Origin: Gemmatimonadota bacterium | GTDB lineage: Bacteria; Gemmatimonadota; Gemmatimonadetes; JACCXV01; JAHWKZ01 | Direction: 5' to 3' | Assembly: GCA_050732875.1 (NCBI GenBank) | Contig: JBOHRQ010000006.1 | Span: forward strand, 5,666 to 69,665 | Length of the DNA: 64,000 nt | Position numbers and translations under genes: made by a program | Notes under the pieces: model-generated | Databases searched by the model: none | Told to the model about the DNA's origin: nothing | What the model saw: the letters and a program-made list of their open reading frames with translations, nothing else | Shown: in pieces, positions 46,067-56,402 of the stretch | Position numbering within the stretch: the first letter of the stretch is position 1 | Layout: every line of letters begins with the position of its first letter

Positions 46067-46498
46067 CTAGCCTGCGCTGCCCCGCCTCGAACGCATCACC
46101 CCGTCCAGGCTCCACGGGCCGGCGCCGTTGCCGATCAGGAAGATCCAGACCGACATGTAGAGGAGCGCCAGCTCGCCGCCGCTCAGGTACGGGACGATGT
46201 GGCGCGGCAGGTGAGCCTGGACGAACGCGATCAGCATCTCCAGGGCCAGAACGATCGCCACCGGACGCGTGAAGAGGCCGAGGAGGATGAGGAGCCCGCC
46301 GAAGACCTCGAGCACCCCCGCCAGACCCATCTGCGAGAATAGGGCCGCGGAGCCGCCATCCTCGCCCATGCCGCCGAACCAGCCGAAGAGCTTGGGCATC
46401 CCATGCATGCAGTACAGCGCCCCGGCGAAGATCCGGAGGATCGCGTGGGTGGCGCCGGCGAGGCCGGTGGAGCCGGCCGTGGTAGAGGGCAGAGCCAT
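46067..46498 (-). CDS. DoxX family membrane protein
   Basis: ATHAILRIFAGALYCMHGMPKLFG... Confidence 0.75.
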   Translation of the reverse strand: MALPSTTAGSTGLAGATHAILRIFAGALYCMHGMPKLFGWFGGMGEDGGSAALFSQMGLAGVLEVFGGLLILLGLFTRPVAIVLALEMLIAFVQAHLPRHIVPYLSGGELALLYMSVWIFLIGNGAGPWSLDGVMRSRRGSAG

Positions 46499-46722
46499 GT
46501 ACCTCCAGGGGAAAAGGGGTCGCATGGTAGCTTGACCGTCGCTACAGGATAGGACGGACGAGGCCGGGGCTCCAGTTCAGCCGGAGCGGCCTACCAACCG
46601 CTCAAGCGCCGGCGAATGTGACGCGCCGCATGAGCTCTGAGAAACGGGAGTCCGTGCGGAGAGGATCGTAAAACAGGAATCCCGCTCAGGCTGCGAGCCG
46701 CCGGACAGTCCCTCGAGCGGGT

Positions 46723-47655
46723 TCAGGGGCCGGCATCGATGACGGTATCCAGCTCCAGCACAAGGATCTCCGACGCCTCGTAGAACGGCTCGTCCGGGAA
46801 CCAGACGTAGCGCGCGAAGGCGATCTTGGAGCCGTCGGGCGACCACCACGCCTGGCGGTCATCAGCGGGATCATCGGTGAGCTGCTGCAGGTTCGAGCCG
46901 TCGGCGTCCACCACCCACAGGTCCGACGAACCCGATCGCTCGGAAGCGAAGACGATCCGCTTACCGTCCGGAGACCAGGCCGGCCATCCATCGAACCCGT
47001 CATGCTTCGAGAGATTGACGACGTCGTTGCCGTCGAGGTCTACGACGACCACCTCCCAGTTCCCGTCGGCCAGGATGCGGCGTGTCGCGAGCCGGGTTCC
47101 GTCCGGCGACAGCGTCGGGTAGGTCTCGACCTCGGGCGTCGACGTGATCCGGCGAACGTTCGAACCATCGGCGTTCATCACGTACAAGTCGACGTTCTCG
47201 TCGTTCTCCCCGGTGGCGGAGCGATCGGAGGCAAAGAAGATCCGCTGGCCGTCGGGCGACCAGAACGGGTGCTCGTCGTTGGACGGGCTATTCGAAAGGT
47301 TCCGCTGAATCCCACCGTCGGCATCCATCACATAGATCTGGGACGGACCGTCGCGGAACGAGCGGAACGCGATCCGCTCCCCGTCCGCTGACCACGCAGG
47401 GGTGCCATCCTGGCCCGGCGCGTCGGTCAGCTTGATGATCGTCCCGCTGTCGGGTTCCATCACGTAGATGTCGAAATCGCCGTCGGCGTTGGACATGTAG
47501 GCGATCCTGGAGCCGTCGGGCGAAAAGGCGGGGTAGGCGTTGGTGATCCGGGTCAGGAGGTTCGGGCTTGCCTCCTGCGCTGACGCGACGCTTACGGTGG
47601 CAAGGATCATCCCCGCGCCGAAAAGAGAGGTACTGAGCGAAGTCTTTATCATCAC
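46723..47655 (-). CDS. Secreted TolB-like beta-propeller protein (PD40/WD40-like repeats)
   Basis: Signal peptide; repeated SPDGSRIAY / SADGERIAF / SPDGQRIFF / SPDGTRLA / SPDGKRIVF / SPDGSKIAF. Confidence 0.85.
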   Translation of the reverse strand: MMIKTSLSTSLFGAGMILATVSVASAQEASPNLLTRITNAYPAFSPDGSRIAYMSNADGDFDIYVMEPDSGTIIKLTDAPGQDGTPAWSADGERIAFRSFRDGPSQIYVMDADGGIQRNLSNSPSNDEHPFWSPDGQRIFFASDRSATGENDENVDLYVMNADGSNVRRITSTPEVETYPTLSPDGTRLATRRILADGNWEVVVVDLDGNDVVNLSKHDGFDGWPAWSPDGKRIVFASERSGSSDLWVVDADGSNLQQLTDDPADDRQAWWSPDGSKIAFARYVWFPDEPFYEASEILVLELDTVIDAGP

Positions 47656-47697
47656 TCCAGCTTCCCCCGAAGGCTTTCGCGGTCGAAATCTCGTTCC

Positions 47698-48468
47698 CTA
47701 ACCTGCTGGACGAAGGATCCAGACCGGGCCTTCAAAAACGAACCTTCTAGATTCACGATTACCAAAGAAGGGGGCGAGTTCGCGTAACAGCCAGCGCCGA
47801 ACTTCATCGATGTCCTCTTCGCCCTCCTCCACGGCCGCGATCACGTTCGTCTGCGTCACCAGGTAGTCGACCAGCCGTTCCCTGGTGAACTCCATGAGGT
47901 TTTGGTACTCGTCATGCGTCTCGACCCGGAACCCGGGCTCGACAAGGTCTCCGGGCGTGAAGTCCAAGGGAAACCTGGGAGGGTAGGGGTATCTGTTCCA
48001 ATAGACATCTCGCATCCATTGCCCCATCCCGTCCTCTTCGCTCTCCTCCGCTCCACCGGCGAAGAAATTGTCGTAGACGACGACCAATCCATGTGGATGG
48101 AGAACCCGCAGCGCCTCGAGGAGGAATCGCTCCCGGTCGAGCCAGTGGAAGGTCAACGAGACGGTCAGCAGATCGAACGAACCGGCTCGAAAGGGCACCT
48201 CCTCTGCCCGCCCCGCCACATAGCTCATCTCCGAGAGCCGATGCGCGTGGGCCAGCATCGCCAGCGAGGAGTCGAGCCCCACCACTCGACGGGCCAAACG
48301 GATCAGGGGTCGCGTGGAGGCTCCGGTTCCGCAGCCGACATCCAGGGCTGTCCCATACCACCGTTTATCGAGACGCGATCTGAGGGTCTCGATAAGGCCT
48401 GCATGAAATTCCGGCCGTCCCAGCGCATAACGCTCGGCTACGGATTCGCTGGCGAAGTGGTTGTGCAC
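47698..48468 (-). CDS. Class I SAM-dependent methyltransferase
   Basis: ALDVGCGTGAST (motif I), VVGLDSS; the start (GTG at VHNHFASE) is uncertain. Confidence 0.7.
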   Translation of the reverse strand: MHNHFASESVAERYALGRPEFHAGLIETLRSRLDKRWYGTALDVGCGTGASTRPLIRLARRVVGLDSSLAMLAHAHRLSEMSYVAGRAEEVPFRAGSFDLLTVSLTFHWLDRERFLLEALRVLHPHGLVVVYDNFFAGGAEESEEDGMGQWMRDVYWNRYPYPPRFPLDFTPGDLVEPGFRVETHDEYQNLMEFTRERLVDYLVTQTNVIAAVEEGEEDIDEVRRWLLRELAPFFGNRESRRFVFEGPVWILRPAG

Positions 48469-48523
48469 GCGGAGGCTCGCACCGGTTCTGAAAAGCGAGG
48501 ATCCGTGCGAATGGAAGGCGCGG

Positions 48524-49909
48524 TCAGCGGGTGGCCGGCACCTGCTCGACCGGATAGCCAAGCTCGGTCAGGCGCCGGCGGTCGCGGTCGATGCGCTCTG
48601 CATCCGCCGATGTGCGGAACGGCCCGACCCGCACACGGTAGAATCCGCGCCCGTCCACGACCGCGATCTGGACGGACGAGTTGAAGTCGTCCTCCTTGAG
48701 CCGCTTGGAGAGGTCGGCCGCCCGCGCGGCGCTTGCGAAGGCCCCGACCTGGAGATAGACCAGGTCCGCGTTCCCTCCGCCCGGTCCGAACTTGGCGGGG
48801 GGCCCGAGCTCCTCGGGAGGTTCGCCGGTCCGCTCTTCGGCGGGACGGTCCACCACCGGGCCTTCGTCGGGTCGCTCCACCACCGGGGTCTCGGCGGGTG
48901 GCTCCGCCGGGGCGCCCTCCACGGCCGGCGGCGTCGCTTCCAGAGCGGGCTCCTCCGGCGGCGCTTCCACGGGTCGCCCTTCGCCCCGCCCGACGCCCTC
49001 CGGGGCGGCGGCCACAGGGTCGGCGACGGCGATGTCCTCGACCTCTTCCTCGCGCGGCACCTGCTGGTCGCCGGCGGCCTCGGCGCCCGGCTGAGGCAGG
49101 GCCGCGGCCACGGGCGGCAGCTCCACGCTCGGTGCCTCTTCCCCGGGCTGCCGCTCTCCGGCCGCTGACGCCATGGCCGGGGGAGGCGTCTCGCCGCCCT
49201 GCGAGGCCAGCACCTGCCGGGCGTCCGCAGCCTGCGGCGAAGCGGGGTAGTCGAGGGTCAGAAGCGTGTAGTACTGCATCGCGGTCGGCTCGTCGCCGGC
49301 CTCGGCATGCGCTCGCGCCAGCCAGTGCGCGTACTCGGCCGCCAGAGCGTCCCGCTGACCCATCGATACCTGTCGCGACAGCTCACCCGACTTGACGCGA
49401 TTGAAGCCCTCCTCGAAAGTCGAGACGGCGGCCGCGGGATCGCCGGCGGCGAACCTCGCCTGACCGATCCACAGGTCGATCTCAGGCTGGTACCGACTGA
49501 CCGGATAGTCCTTGCGGAGCTGCTCGAACTGCTGAATGGCGAGGTCGGGCTTCCCCTCGACCATGTTCAGCACCGCCAGCCGCTGAAGCGCTCCATCGGC
49601 GATGGGCGACGCCGGGAACTCGTCGACGATGATCTGGTAGTGGCGGCCCGCCACGGCCGCGTCCGGCTCCATGAGCGCGATGTAGTAGAGGGCCTCGGCC
49701 TGCGGCATCCGCGCCGCCCCCGTCAGGTTCGAGGTGGCATCGAGGTAGGCCCACAGCTTCTCGCGCGCCTCCTCGAAGCTCTCGCGCTCGAAGGCGCGGC
49801 GACCTTCCTCCAGAAGCTCGCCGGGGTCGTCCTGGGCGAGCGCTGCGCCGGGCACAAGAAGCGCAGCCGCGACGAGCGCGACCGTCACGCCGCCCGCGAG
49901 GGCGGCCAT
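48524..49909 (-). CDS. TPR-repeat protein with Pro/Glu/Ala-rich linker and C-terminal SPOR domain
   Basis: Signal peptide; C-terminal VYLQVGAFASAARAADLSKRLK...YRVRVGPF. Confidence 0.8.
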   Translation of the reverse strand: MAALAGGVTVALVAAALLVPGAALAQDDPGELLEEGRRAFERESFEEAREKLWAYLDATSNLTGAARMPQAEALYYIALMEPDAAVAGRHYQIIVDEFPASPIADGALQRLAVLNMVEGKPDLAIQQFEQLRKDYPVSRYQPEIDLWIGQARFAAGDPAAAVSTFEEGFNRVKSGELSRQVSMGQRDALAAEYAHWLARAHAEAGDEPTAMQYYTLLTLDYPASPQAADARQVLASQGGETPPPAMASAAGERQPGEEAPSVELPPVAAALPQPGAEAAGDQQVPREEEVEDIAVADPVAAAPEGVGRGEGRPVEAPPEEPALEATPPAVEGAPAEPPAETPVVERPDEGPVVDRPAEERTGEPPEELGPPAKFGPGGGNADLVYLQVGAFASAARAADLSKRLKEDDFNSSVQIAVVDGRGFYRVRVGPFRTSADAERIDRDRRRLTELGYPVEQVPATR

Positions 49910-49922
49910 ACAAAGGCGTCGT

Positions 49923-50930
49923 CTATGCGGCATGCAGAATCTCCATCAGATGTCTATCCATCACGAATCGCTCCCGATGTCCGGTCGATTTGAGCATGCG
50001 GTCGGCGTCGGCCAGTAGGTCCAGCGCGCGGGCGACCGAGCCGGGCGTGTGTCGTCGGGCCTGTTCGGCGAGCCCCTTCGCCATCGCATACCAGGACCGC
50101 CCGGGGAGCGCCTCCATGATCCGGTGCGGATCGCTCGAGCCGGTCTCGACGACCACGCCGAGCCGGCAGAAGTGGGTGGCGAGGAGCGGCACCAGCCGGT
50201 ACGCGCTCTCGCCGGATTCCAGGAGCCGACCGAGAACCCGGAACGCCTTCTCCCGATCCCCCGCCCCGACCGCGTCGCACCATTCCCAGACCGTGCCGAT
50301 CGTTCCGCCCGTGCAGACGGCCTCGACATCCTCGATGGCGATGGTGTCCGTGTCTCCAACGTAGAGCGCCACCTTTTCGAGTTCGGCGTAGAGGGGCTGG
50401 AGCTCCGCGCCGAGCGCGGCCAGCGCGCGGGCGGCATCCGTTTCGAGCCGCTTGCCGAAGTCGGTCCTGGCACGGCCGGCGAGCCAGCGCTCGTAGTCGA
50501 ACTTGCGTGGGAGCTCGCACACGATCCTGAGCCCGCGCTTTTCCCAGAGCTGGTAGAGGTTTCCCCGCATGGTGGAGCCGCCGGTCCCGATCAGGCACAG
50601 GCTGGCGGGGGCTTCGTCGAGCGTCTCCTTGATGCGGTCGCGGACGGCCGCGGGGACGGCCGGAATCCCCTTCAGCACCACGATCCGCCGATCGTTCATG
50701 AGGGGGGGCGTGCCGACCAGGGTCTCGTAGTCGGTCTCGGTCAGCTCGGCGGCGTCCCGGGTCTCGAGGTCGAAGGCCTCGGAGCCGGGCGCCGTGATCA
50801 CGTGCTCGAGAACCGACTTCACCACCTTGTCGCGGAGATATGTCTCGTCCCCGGCGATCAGGACGGCCGGGACCTCGAGCTTCGTCGCCGTCGGATCGGT
50901 GAGGAACGTGTCGGCCTGGATCTTCGGCAT
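49923..50930 (-). CDS. holA: DNA polymerase III subunit delta
   Basis: MPKIQADTFLTDPTATKLEVPAVLIAGDETYLRDKVV... Confidence 0.8.
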   Translation of the reverse strand: MPKIQADTFLTDPTATKLEVPAVLIAGDETYLRDKVVKSVLEHVITAPGSEAFDLETRDAAELTETDYETLVGTPPLMNDRRIVVLKGIPAVPAAVRDRIKETLDEAPASLCLIGTGGSTMRGNLYQLWEKRGLRIVCELPRKFDYERWLAGRARTDFGKRLETDAARALAALGAELQPLYAELEKVALYVGDTDTIAIEDVEAVCTGGTIGTVWEWCDAVGAGDREKAFRVLGRLLESGESAYRLVPLLATHFCRLGVVVETGSSDPHRIMEALPGRSWYAMAKGLAEQARRHTPGSVARALDLLADADRMLKSTGHRERFVMDRHLMEILHAA

Positions 50931-51019
50931 CGAGGCGATCGAACCGGGGTCAGAAGGTGGGTATCGATGAAGCTCGCCGGCGAAGGTATCGGCCACCGAG
51001 CGGCGGTGTCAACGATGGC

Positions 51020-51730
51020 TCAGGGAATGCGCAACGCCGCCTCGGCGACCCAGGCCGCCGGCATGACGGAAGCTGTGTGATGGATGATGATGGGGGGTCG
51101 CCGGGGCGGCCATCCGCCCAACCCGCTCGTCCGCAGGTCGCCGCCGACGTCGTTCACCCGGATGACGCGGACCTCGCGTCGCGGTACCACGGGGAGCCGA
51201 TCGATCGAAAGTCCCGCTTCGCTGGCCACCGTCCGGGTGCGGCGCGGCGGCGCGCTCGCCGCAGGCTGCCTTTCGACCGAAGCCGGTCGAGGCAGAGCGG
51301 CCGGGATCACGCTGGCCCATGACGTGGGCGGCACGGCCTCCGAGGTGGGCACCACCGTTCGGACCGGCCGAGCGCGGAAGTCCAGGCCGGCGGGGGGCAC
51401 GAAGACGAGCATTGCCAGGACCGCGATCACGAGGGCCGCCCCGATACGGCCCTGGAAGCGCCGTCGCGGCTCGATGTCTGCGCGCGCCGGACGATCATCC
51501 CCGCCCAGCCGCTCCATGACGCGCTCATACACCCCCCACGCCGGGACCGGGGCGTTTGCCTCCCGGTAGACCGCGATGCCCTCGCGATAGGCCTTTAGAT
51601 GGCGGAGGCAGGCTTCACAGCAATCGAGGTGGGCAAGGAGCAAGGCCCGGCGCGCCGGATCGAGCGACCCGTCGACGAAGCTGGAGAACTCGTCGAGAAA
51701 TTCTCGGCAGGGCCCCCGGGAGATCGGCAT
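51020..51730 (-). CDS. Anti-sigma factor (zf-HC2 / ChrR-like zinc finger, single TM)
   Basis: CREFLDEFSSFVDGSLDPARRALLLAHLDCCEACLRHL. Confidence 0.8.
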   Translation of the reverse strand: MPISRGPCREFLDEFSSFVDGSLDPARRALLLAHLDCCEACLRHLKAYREGIAVYREANAPVPAWGVYERVMERLGGDDRPARADIEPRRRFQGRIGAALVIAVLAMLVFVPPAGLDFRARPVRTVVPTSEAVPPTSWASVIPAALPRPASVERQPAASAPPRRTRTVASEAGLSIDRLPVVPRREVRVIRVNDVGGDLRTSGLGGWPPRRPPIIIHHTASVMPAAWVAEAALRIP

Positions 51731-51890
51731 TGTGCAAACCCGCTCAAATAGTCCAGAAGTGACGCGAACCCGATGTCACCTCTGCATACAGCAGGCCCGA
51801 CGTAAGGTTCCAGACGTTCGAACGGGGGAGATCCTCTTAGGGAACTCGGGGGGCCCGGGGGCCGGCCTTGCCCCCCGGGAAGTCAGGGCC

Positions 51891-52511
51891 TTATTCGAGC
51901 CACGGCTCAATGATCTGCGCGAAGCGGTTCCGGGCCCGGTTGAGCCGCGATTTCACGGTGCCGAGCTGGGTGTCGGTGATCTCGGCGATCTCCTCGTACG
52001 ACTTCCCCTCGATCTCGCGGAGGATGAAGACCTCGCGGTGATGCTCCGGCAGCTGCTCGGCCGCGCGCTCCACGAGATCCTGGAGCTGACGCTGCCGGAA
52101 CAGGTCGTCCGGGCGCATCGAGGAGTCTTCGAACTGGAGCGGCCGGTGATCGTCATCCCACTTCGACGTCAGGGTCTGGAAGAGGACGAGCGGGTTACGA
52201 GACCGGTTCCGGAGCTCGTTCTTGGCCAGGTTCGAGGCGATGGTATAGATCCACGTCGAGAACTTCTTCGACGTGTCGAATCGATGGATGTGCCTGTACA
52301 CCCGGATGAACGTCTCCTGGGCCAGGTCGTAGGCCCGCTCGCGGTCCCCGATCGAGCGTTGGATGAAGTTCACGATGCGTCCCTCGTACCGCCCGACAAG
52401 CTCCCGGAAACACGCCCCCTCGCCGCCGAGATAACCCTCGACCAGCTCGGAGTCGGTCAGCTGTCTTGCTTCGACCTCGGTGGTTCGGACACGCGTCTGG
52501 TTCATCGACAT
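51891..52511 (-). CDS. RNA polymerase sigma-70 family (ECF) sigma factor
   Basis: Region 2 DLAQETFIRVYRHIHRFD; region 4 SYEEIAEITDTQLGTVKSRLNRAR. Confidence 0.9.
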   Translation of the reverse strand: MSMNQTRVRTTEVEARQLTDSELVEGYLGGEGACFRELVGRYEGRIVNFIQRSIGDRERAYDLAQETFIRVYRHIHRFDTSKKFSTWIYTIASNLAKNELRNRSRNPLVLFQTLTSKWDDDHRPLQFEDSSMRPDDLFRQRQLQDLVERAAEQLPEHHREVFILREIEGKSYEEIAEITDTQLGTVKSRLNRARNRFAQIIEPWLE

Positions 52512-52611
52512 CCCCTGGCCTGAGTCCCAGCTATGGATTACGCGATCTTGGCGCCCTCCCTTATTGGCAGGGGGTGTGCCACTTCATCTTGGGGCCCAAA
52601 AACCATTAATA

Positions 52612-52639
52612 AATATAGGTAAATGTGTCCGTTCGTCAA
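52612..52639 (-). promoter_or_regulatory. Candidate sigma-70-type promoter of the ECF sigma gene (TTGACG-N16-TATATT on the minus strand) inside a 40-nt AT-rich island
   Basis: The AT-rich stretch AAAACCATTAATAAATATAGGTAAATG is exceptional in a ~70% GC context. Confidence 0.4.
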
Positions 52640-52756
52640 CCGCTTCGCCGAACTGTCCGGAGGCCACGTGTCCCCTGGATAGGACGGGGAACGGCGCCCT
52701 TGGTTTGAGGGATAAACCGGGATCGGGGGAGCGGGGTTCGATGGCCCGGCGGCGGA

Positions 52757-54589
52757 TCACTCCGCCAACGCGACTTCCTCTTCGTACATCGTGTCGATCA
52801 GCTCCGCGTACTTCTCCTCGATGACGCGGCGCTTGACCTTGAGGGTGGGGGTGAGCTCGCCGGCACCGATCGTGAACTCCTCGGGGACGAGACGGAACTT
52901 CTTCAAGGTCTCGTAGGACGCGAGCCCGCGGTTCAGATCGGCCAGCTCCGCCTCGTAGAGCTCCTGCACCGGCTCGGCCTGGAAGAGGGCCTCCCGGTCC
53001 GCGGAATCGAGACCCTGCTCGCGGGCGAAGGCCTCGAGGTTGTCGAAGTTCGGCACCAGCAGGACCGACGCGTACTTGCGCTTGTTCCCGACCACGACCG
53101 CCTGGCTCACGTACTTGGACGTCTTGAGCTCGTTCTCGAGCGGCTGCGGAGCGATGAACTTGCCGCCCGACGTCTTGATGAGGTCCCGCTTGCGGTCGGT
53201 GATCTTGAGAAATCCATCCTCGAGGTGCCCGATGTCGCCGGTCCGGAACCAGCCGTCCCTCGTCATCACCTCGGCGGTCTTCTCGGGCAGGTTGTAGTAG
53301 CCCTGCATGATGTTGGGCCCGCGGACCAGGATCTCGCCGTCGTCTCCCGGCCGCTCGGGATCGGCCTCGATCCTGACCTCGACATTGGCGATCGGCGGCC
53401 CGACCGTTCCGAAGCGCATCTTCTCGAACGTGTTGACGGCGATGACCGGGCTCGTCTCGGTCAGCCCGTAGCCCTCCAGGATCGGCAGCCCCGCCGCATA
53501 GAAGAACTTGGCGATCACGGGCGCCAGCGGGGCACCGCCCGAGCAGAAGAACCGGATCCGCCCACCCATCCGCTCGCGGAGCTTGGCGTAGACGAGCCGA
53601 TCGGCCAACCTATGCTTCCCGCGGAGAGCCGGGCCGGCTCCCCCGCCGTCGACCTCCTTTTCCGCGAACTCTATCCCGACCCTCCGCGCCCAGAAGACGA
53701 GTCGCTTCTTGAGCCCGCCGGCGTCGGACGCCTTTTGCAGGACCCCCGCGTACATCTTCTCATAGAGCCGCGGCACGCTGGTCATCACGGTGGGGCGGAT
53801 CTCGGCCATGTTGTCGAGCACGCGATCCACCGACTCCGCGTACGCGATCGTGACGCCCGCATGGATCATGATGTAGTAGCCCGCCGTGCGCTCGAAGCTG
53901 TGCGAGAGGGGCAGGAACGAGAGGTGGACGTCCTCGGCCCGGATGGGGAGCGACTTGAGCGCGTCGATCACGTTGGAGACGAAGTTCCGGTGGCTCAGCA
54001 TGACGCCCTTGGGTCGACCGGTCGTCCCCGACGTGTAGAGGATGGACGCCGTGTCCTCGGGATCGATCGCCGCGATCCGCTCGTCCAGCGCGCCGGCACT
54101 CCTCTCGCGCGCCCGGCGTCCGCGCTCGACCAGGCTGCGGGCGCTGTGGACGTCCGGACCCTCGCTCTCGAGGGGATCCAGGGTGACGATGCACTCGAGG
54201 TCGGGGCAGCGGTCCCGCACCTCGAGCACCTTGGCGAGCTGGGCCTGGTCGGAGACGACGCAGGCGACCGCGCCCGAGTCCTCGAGAATGAACTGGATCT
54301 CGTCGGAGGTGAGCGAGGTGTAGATCGGCACCGACCAGGCGCCGACCGAGAGGATCGCGAGATCGGCGAAGGCCCAGCCGGGACGGTTCTCGCTGAGGAG
54401 CGCGACCCGCGTCCCGGGGCCCACGCCCAGGTCGATCAGCCCGTGCGCCGCGAGGTCCACCTCCTCACGCAGCTCGGGGGCGGGAATCGAGACGTACTCC
54501 CCCCCGGCCTTGTACATCATGATCGGCCGGCAATGATAGCGGGTGACGGCCTCACGGAAGAGCTCGGGGATGGTGCGCGGATCGGGCAT
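52757..54589 (-). CDS. Long-chain fatty acid-CoA ligase (AMP-binding enzyme)
   Basis: AMP-binding motifs YTSGTTGRPKGV, GYGLTE; 610 aa. Confidence 0.9.
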   Translation of the reverse strand: MPDPRTIPELFREAVTRYHCRPIMMYKAGGEYVSIPAPELREEVDLAAHGLIDLGVGPGTRVALLSENRPGWAFADLAILSVGAWSVPIYTSLTSDEIQFILEDSGAVACVVSDQAQLAKVLEVRDRCPDLECIVTLDPLESEGPDVHSARSLVERGRRARERSAGALDERIAAIDPEDTASILYTSGTTGRPKGVMLSHRNFVSNVIDALKSLPIRAEDVHLSFLPLSHSFERTAGYYIMIHAGVTIAYAESVDRVLDNMAEIRPTVMTSVPRLYEKMYAGVLQKASDAGGLKKRLVFWARRVGIEFAEKEVDGGGAGPALRGKHRLADRLVYAKLRERMGGRIRFFCSGGAPLAPVIAKFFYAAGLPILEGYGLTETSPVIAVNTFEKMRFGTVGPPIANVEVRIEADPERPGDDGEILVRGPNIMQGYYNLPEKTAEVMTRDGWFRTGDIGHLEDGFLKITDRKRDLIKTSGGKFIAPQPLENELKTSKYVSQAVVVGNKRKYASVLLVPNFDNLEAFAREQGLDSADREALFQAEPVQELYEAELADLNRGLASYETLKKFRLVPEEFTIGAGELTPTLKVKRRVIEEKYAELIDTMYEEEVALAE

Positions 54590-54639
54590 GGGGTGATTTC
54601 AAGATACATCATAAGCGGTCGGGGAGATAAGTTCCGCCC

Positions 54640-56361
54640 ATGCACGCGGCCGAAGTGGCGGACGTTCTCGAGGAGATCGGACGGCTCCTCGAGTTCAAGG
54701 GTGAGAACCCGTTCAAGGTGCGGGCCTACCTGAACGCGGCCCGCGCCCTGGCCGATCTCGAGGAGCCGCTCGAGACCGTGGTCGCCGAGGGGCGGGTGCG
54801 GGAGATCGCGGGGGTCGGCGCGGCGATCGCCGACAAGATCGCCGCGTACGCCGAAACGGGGTCGATCCCGCTCATGGAGCGCCTCCGGCAGGAGATCCCG
54901 GTCGGCGTGCTGGATCTGCTCAAGGTTCCGGGACTCGGGCCCAAGCGGGCGCGGGCCGCGTTCGAGGCGCTCGGGGTCGCCTCGCTGGACGATCTCGAGC
55001 AGGCGGCCGCGTCGGGCCGTCTGGCCGAGGTCCCGGGCTTCGGCGAGAAGACCGCCCGGACCATCCTCGCGAGCCTGGCCCGGGTCCGCGAGTACACGGG
55101 GCGCTGGCTCTCCGCCGAGGCCCGGCCGCTGGCGGAGCGGCTGGTAGAGTCCCTGCGCGAGGATCCCGCGGTCGAGCGGACCGAGATCGCGGGCGGCCTG
55201 AGGCGCGCCTGGGAGACCGTCCACGACATCGATCTGGTCGCCGCGGCCGACGACCCCGCGGCCGTCGTCGAGCGCTTCGTCACGCTGCCACCGGTGGCCG
55301 CCGTCGTGGGGCGGGGCGACACCAAAGCCTCGATCCGCCTGGCGGGCGGAATCCCCGCCGACCTGCGCGTCGTCGAGCCCGCCGCGTTCCCGTTCGCGCT
55401 CCAGTACTTCACCGGCAGCCAGGCGCACAACACGAAGCTCCGTGGGCTCGCGAAGCGCCGCGGCTTGAAGCTCAACGAGTACGGCCTCTTTCACGAGGAT
55501 GGAACGAGCGTCGATTCCAAGGACGAGGCGGCCGTCTACCGGGCGCTCGGGCTCGCCTGGATCCCGCCCGAGCTGCGCGAGGACCGGGGCGAGATCGAGG
55601 CCGCGGCGACGGACGCGTTGCCGGCCTTGGTCGAGCGGTCGGATCTGCGCGGCGTCGTCCACGTTCACACCGACTGGAGCGACGGGCGGGCGACGATCGC
55701 CACGATGGCGGTCGCCGCGCAGGGCCGGGGCTACGAGTACCTGGTGATCTGCGATCACAGCCGCTCGGCGGCTTACGCGGGCGGGTTGGACGCCGAGCGC
55801 CTGCTGGCCCAGCGCGAGGAAATCGAGCGGGTGAACGCGGATCTGCTCGGCTTCATGGTGCTGGCCGGCTGCGAGGTCGACATCCTGGCCGACGGGAGCC
55901 TGGACTTCCCCGACGAAGTGCTGGAACGCCTCGATGTCGTGGTGGGCTCGGTCCACAGCCGGCTGGGACTGCCGCGCGAGGAACAGACCGCGCGTTACCT
56001 CAAGGCGATCGAGAATCCGTGGCTCGACATACTGGGCCATCCGACCGGTCGGATCCTGAACCGCCGAAGCGGAGCCGACCTCGACATGGAGCGCGTCCTG
56101 GACGCCGCCGCCGAGCACGGCGTCACGCTGGAGGTCAACGTCGACCCCCATCGCCTGGATCTCGACTGGCGCTGGCACCGGGCCGCCGTCGAGCGCGGGA
56201 TCCGGCTCTCGATCGATCCCGACGCCCACGGGCCGGAGACGATCGAATATCTGGATGACGGGATCGGAATCGCCCGCAAGGGCGGGCTGAGGCGGGAGGA
56301 CGTCCTGAACGCGCTCCCGGTGGAGGCGTTCCGGGCGGCGCTCCGGCGGAACCGGAGGTAG
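54640..56361 (+). CDS. DNA polymerase X family protein with C-terminal PHP phosphoesterase domain
   Basis: Pol beta-like N-terminus (helix-hairpin-helix GVGAAIADKI, GLGPKRA); C-terminal PHP domain VHVHTDWSDG...ICDHS. Confidence 0.9.
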   Translation: MHAAEVADVLEEIGRLLEFKGENPFKVRAYLNAARALADLEEPLETVVAEGRVREIAGVGAAIADKIAAYAETGSIPLMERLRQEIPVGVLDLLKVPGLGPKRARAAFEALGVASLDDLEQAAASGRLAEVPGFGEKTARTILASLARVREYTGRWLSAEARPLAERLVESLREDPAVERTEIAGGLRRAWETVHDIDLVAAADDPAAVVERFVTLPPVAAVVGRGDTKASIRLAGGIPADLRVVEPAAFPFALQYFTGSQAHNTKLRGLAKRRGLKLNEYGLFHEDGTSVDSKDEAAVYRALGLAWIPPELREDRGEIEAAATDALPALVERSDLRGVVHVHTDWSDGRATIATMAVAAQGRGYEYLVICDHSRSAAYAGGLDAERLLAQREEIERVNADLLGFMVLAGCEVDILADGSLDFPDEVLERLDVVVGSVHSRLGLPREEQTARYLKAIENPWLDILGHPTGRILNRRSGADLDMERVLDAAAEHGVTLEVNVDPHRLDLDWRWHRAAVERGIRLSIDPDAHGPETIEYLDDGIGIARKGGLRREDVLNALPVEAFRAALRRNRR

Positions 56362-56402
56362 CGGATCGGGTGGTCGCCGCCTCCGTGCCGGACGAGGGCA
56401 CG

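Noticed and set aside
46525-46723. GC-rich intergenic region between doxX and the TolB-like gene with partial hairpins.
   Set aside because: No convincing stem-loop with a T-tract or a conserved RNA motif.
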